This document shows, piece by piece, positions 62,281 through 64,000 of a DNA stretch of 64,000 nt. Source of the stretch: Paraphysomonas bandaiensis (Eukaryota > Protista > Chrysophyceae); NCBI GenBank assembly GCA_965644295.1, contig CBFFRP010000199.1, forward strand, positions 496,001 to 560,000. The letters run 5' to 3'. The translations under genes and the position numbers were made by a program. The notes under the pieces were generated by a model. It was not told the DNA's origin, made no database searches, and was given only the letters and a program-made list of their open reading frames with translations. Each line of letters opens with the position of its first letter. The stretch's first letter is position 1.

Positions 62281-63686
62281 CAGGGCCTGATAACCATTAA
62301 CGGCCCATTAATGGTAGTCCAGTTCCCAGCAATTATAATGGCCCATTATATATACCTACTAACTTAAAGTAGATAGCACCACTCATAAAATAGATAGTGT
62401 TGTGCTCCCTTAATTCCTAATTTTTAGTTGAATAGCAGACTACAAAGTTTAACTATTTCTCGCTCTCTACTGACACATCAGGATCTTCTTGCAGGGCTTT
62501 ATGGAGGGCATAAACATCCCACAACATGGAATTGGCTCGTAGGAATAGCAACGATTCTAGACGATATGGATTCATGTTTCTACGCTCAGGTGTCATAATC
62601 AACATTTCATGACTATAAAGAGCCTCTCAACAACATTAGATTGCGCTTCAATATGAAGCAAGCAGCGGTAGTTGGACTCATAGGTACCAAGTCGAGCTCT
62701 CTTGGTGACGTCGGCGATGTCCAGAACACACTGTGCAAAATCAGTTCCTTCACTCTCGTCCTCGTTATATCTGTCGGGTACACCAACCTCCATGAATGAA
62801 TCCAGTTGCAAATGTCTAACTGCTCTTCTCTCATTGTCTGTCAACTCACTTTTATCGTTCCCTTGAATTTTAGCCACTGCCTTCTCAAAATATGCACTGG
62901 CAACAATGCTTGCATTAGGGGAAAGGTATGGATGCAGCTCTGGAAATTCTTGTTGCAGCATATCAAATAACTGGCGGGCTTGTTACAAATTTGTTCCATC
63001 TCTTCCGAACATACTTATTCTCCACGATAGAAAATGGTTCGTCGTTCAAAACTATCCATTCCAGCCACCGAAATAAGTTCCTTGCAGCAGGAGATACTCT
63101 CTTTCTTACAAAAGACAATAAATCGCCCCCGTGAAGTCTTTCACTTCCCAAAATTCTCTCGAGTTCCTCTTGCCAAGAAAAACCCGCATGTTCGGAGCCC
63201 TTCTTGGCTATATATGATTAACACAACTCATGTAACCTCGCTTTATTTCTTGATTAACATTGCACAACGAGCAAATATGATACAGAGCACTGAGAGGATT
63301 CTCTGAATCCACTCGGAAGAAGACTCTGTAAATCACACTGCCATCAATTTTTGCTGCCATCATCGTTGCTTAATATGCTGGATGGTATAAATACAGAGTA
63401 TAATTAATTTTCTTAGTGAACAAGGTTGCCACAGAGTGCCTGTAGAGTTGCATGAACATTGTTGTCTAATATTGTTTACTACTAGTTTCTTCGGAGTATA
63501 GAGGAGATACTATATTCTATTATATTAAAAACACTCAGTTCCATATATAGCAGTACAGGTCATTAATGGTAGTCCGGTTACCGGTAATTAATTATAATGG
63601 CATTAATTAAAAATGTCCCGGCAATTATATTGGCATTACCATTAATGGCCATTAATGCCATTACCATTAATGGTTACCAGGCCCCG
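62281..63686 (-). mobile_element. Internally deleted, decayed hAT DNA transposon
   Basis: TIR CAGGGCCTGATAACCATTAA / TTAATGGTTACCAGGCCCCG; 8-bp TSD ATTAGAAA; remnants WLEWIVLNDEPFSIVEN, FEKAVAKIQ, QSNVVERLF, LLFLRANSMLW. Confidence 0.92.
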
Positions 63687-64000
63687 ATTAGAAATATAAT
63701 GATTGCTTTCCTAAAAGTCAGCAAGACAGAGTAAAGAATGGAAACAATCTTAATTGCACGACAGACTCCATACCATGGCTGGTATGCTCCATAGTAGCCA
63801 TAGGGATGCCAATATTACATCAGAATATTACATGAGGTATTACTACTATAAAAAGAAACAGACTGGAGCTTGATTGTGTGACACCTATACAGTACAAAGA
63901 GTTTACTATTTATTAAAATAAAGAATTCCATCTACGACAACAACACCTTCACAGGAACGATGACTGTGTATAGCGATATGATTCAAATGCATGTAGTCAG

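Overview
Eukaryotic nuclear DNA with short (~45-60 nt) GT-AG introns; gene and TE content suggest a stramenopile alga or protist, which is an inference. About 16 host genes lie mostly in divergent pairs: an ankyrin-WW kinesin-14, a PPOX-family protein, kinesin-6, a BART-domain protein, divergent Arf and Rab GTPases, a calpain-like protease, an FZL/bacterial-dynamin-like GTPase, an M14 carboxypeptidase, a GT25-like enzyme, a RETSAT-like oxidoreductase, DRG2 and several unknowns. They are separated by TE-rich tracts. TEs: a young Ty1/Copia (identical-looking 293-bp LTRs, 5-bp TSD) with a frame break between integrase and RT; three hAT families plus a 114-bp derivative (8-bp TSDs); two Harbinger-like TIR elements (3-bp TAA/TTA TSDs), one carrying a SET domain; a TG..CA MITE (5-bp TSD); and a 5'-truncated LINE. 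The most notable observation is a ~470-bp non-coding SINE-like family (>=10 copies or fragments). Its 3' tail is shared with the LINE. Its sharply defined 5' head has no recognisable tRNA/5S/7SL origin and can be folded like an HDV-type self-cleaving ribozyme; this is a hypothesis from manual folding.
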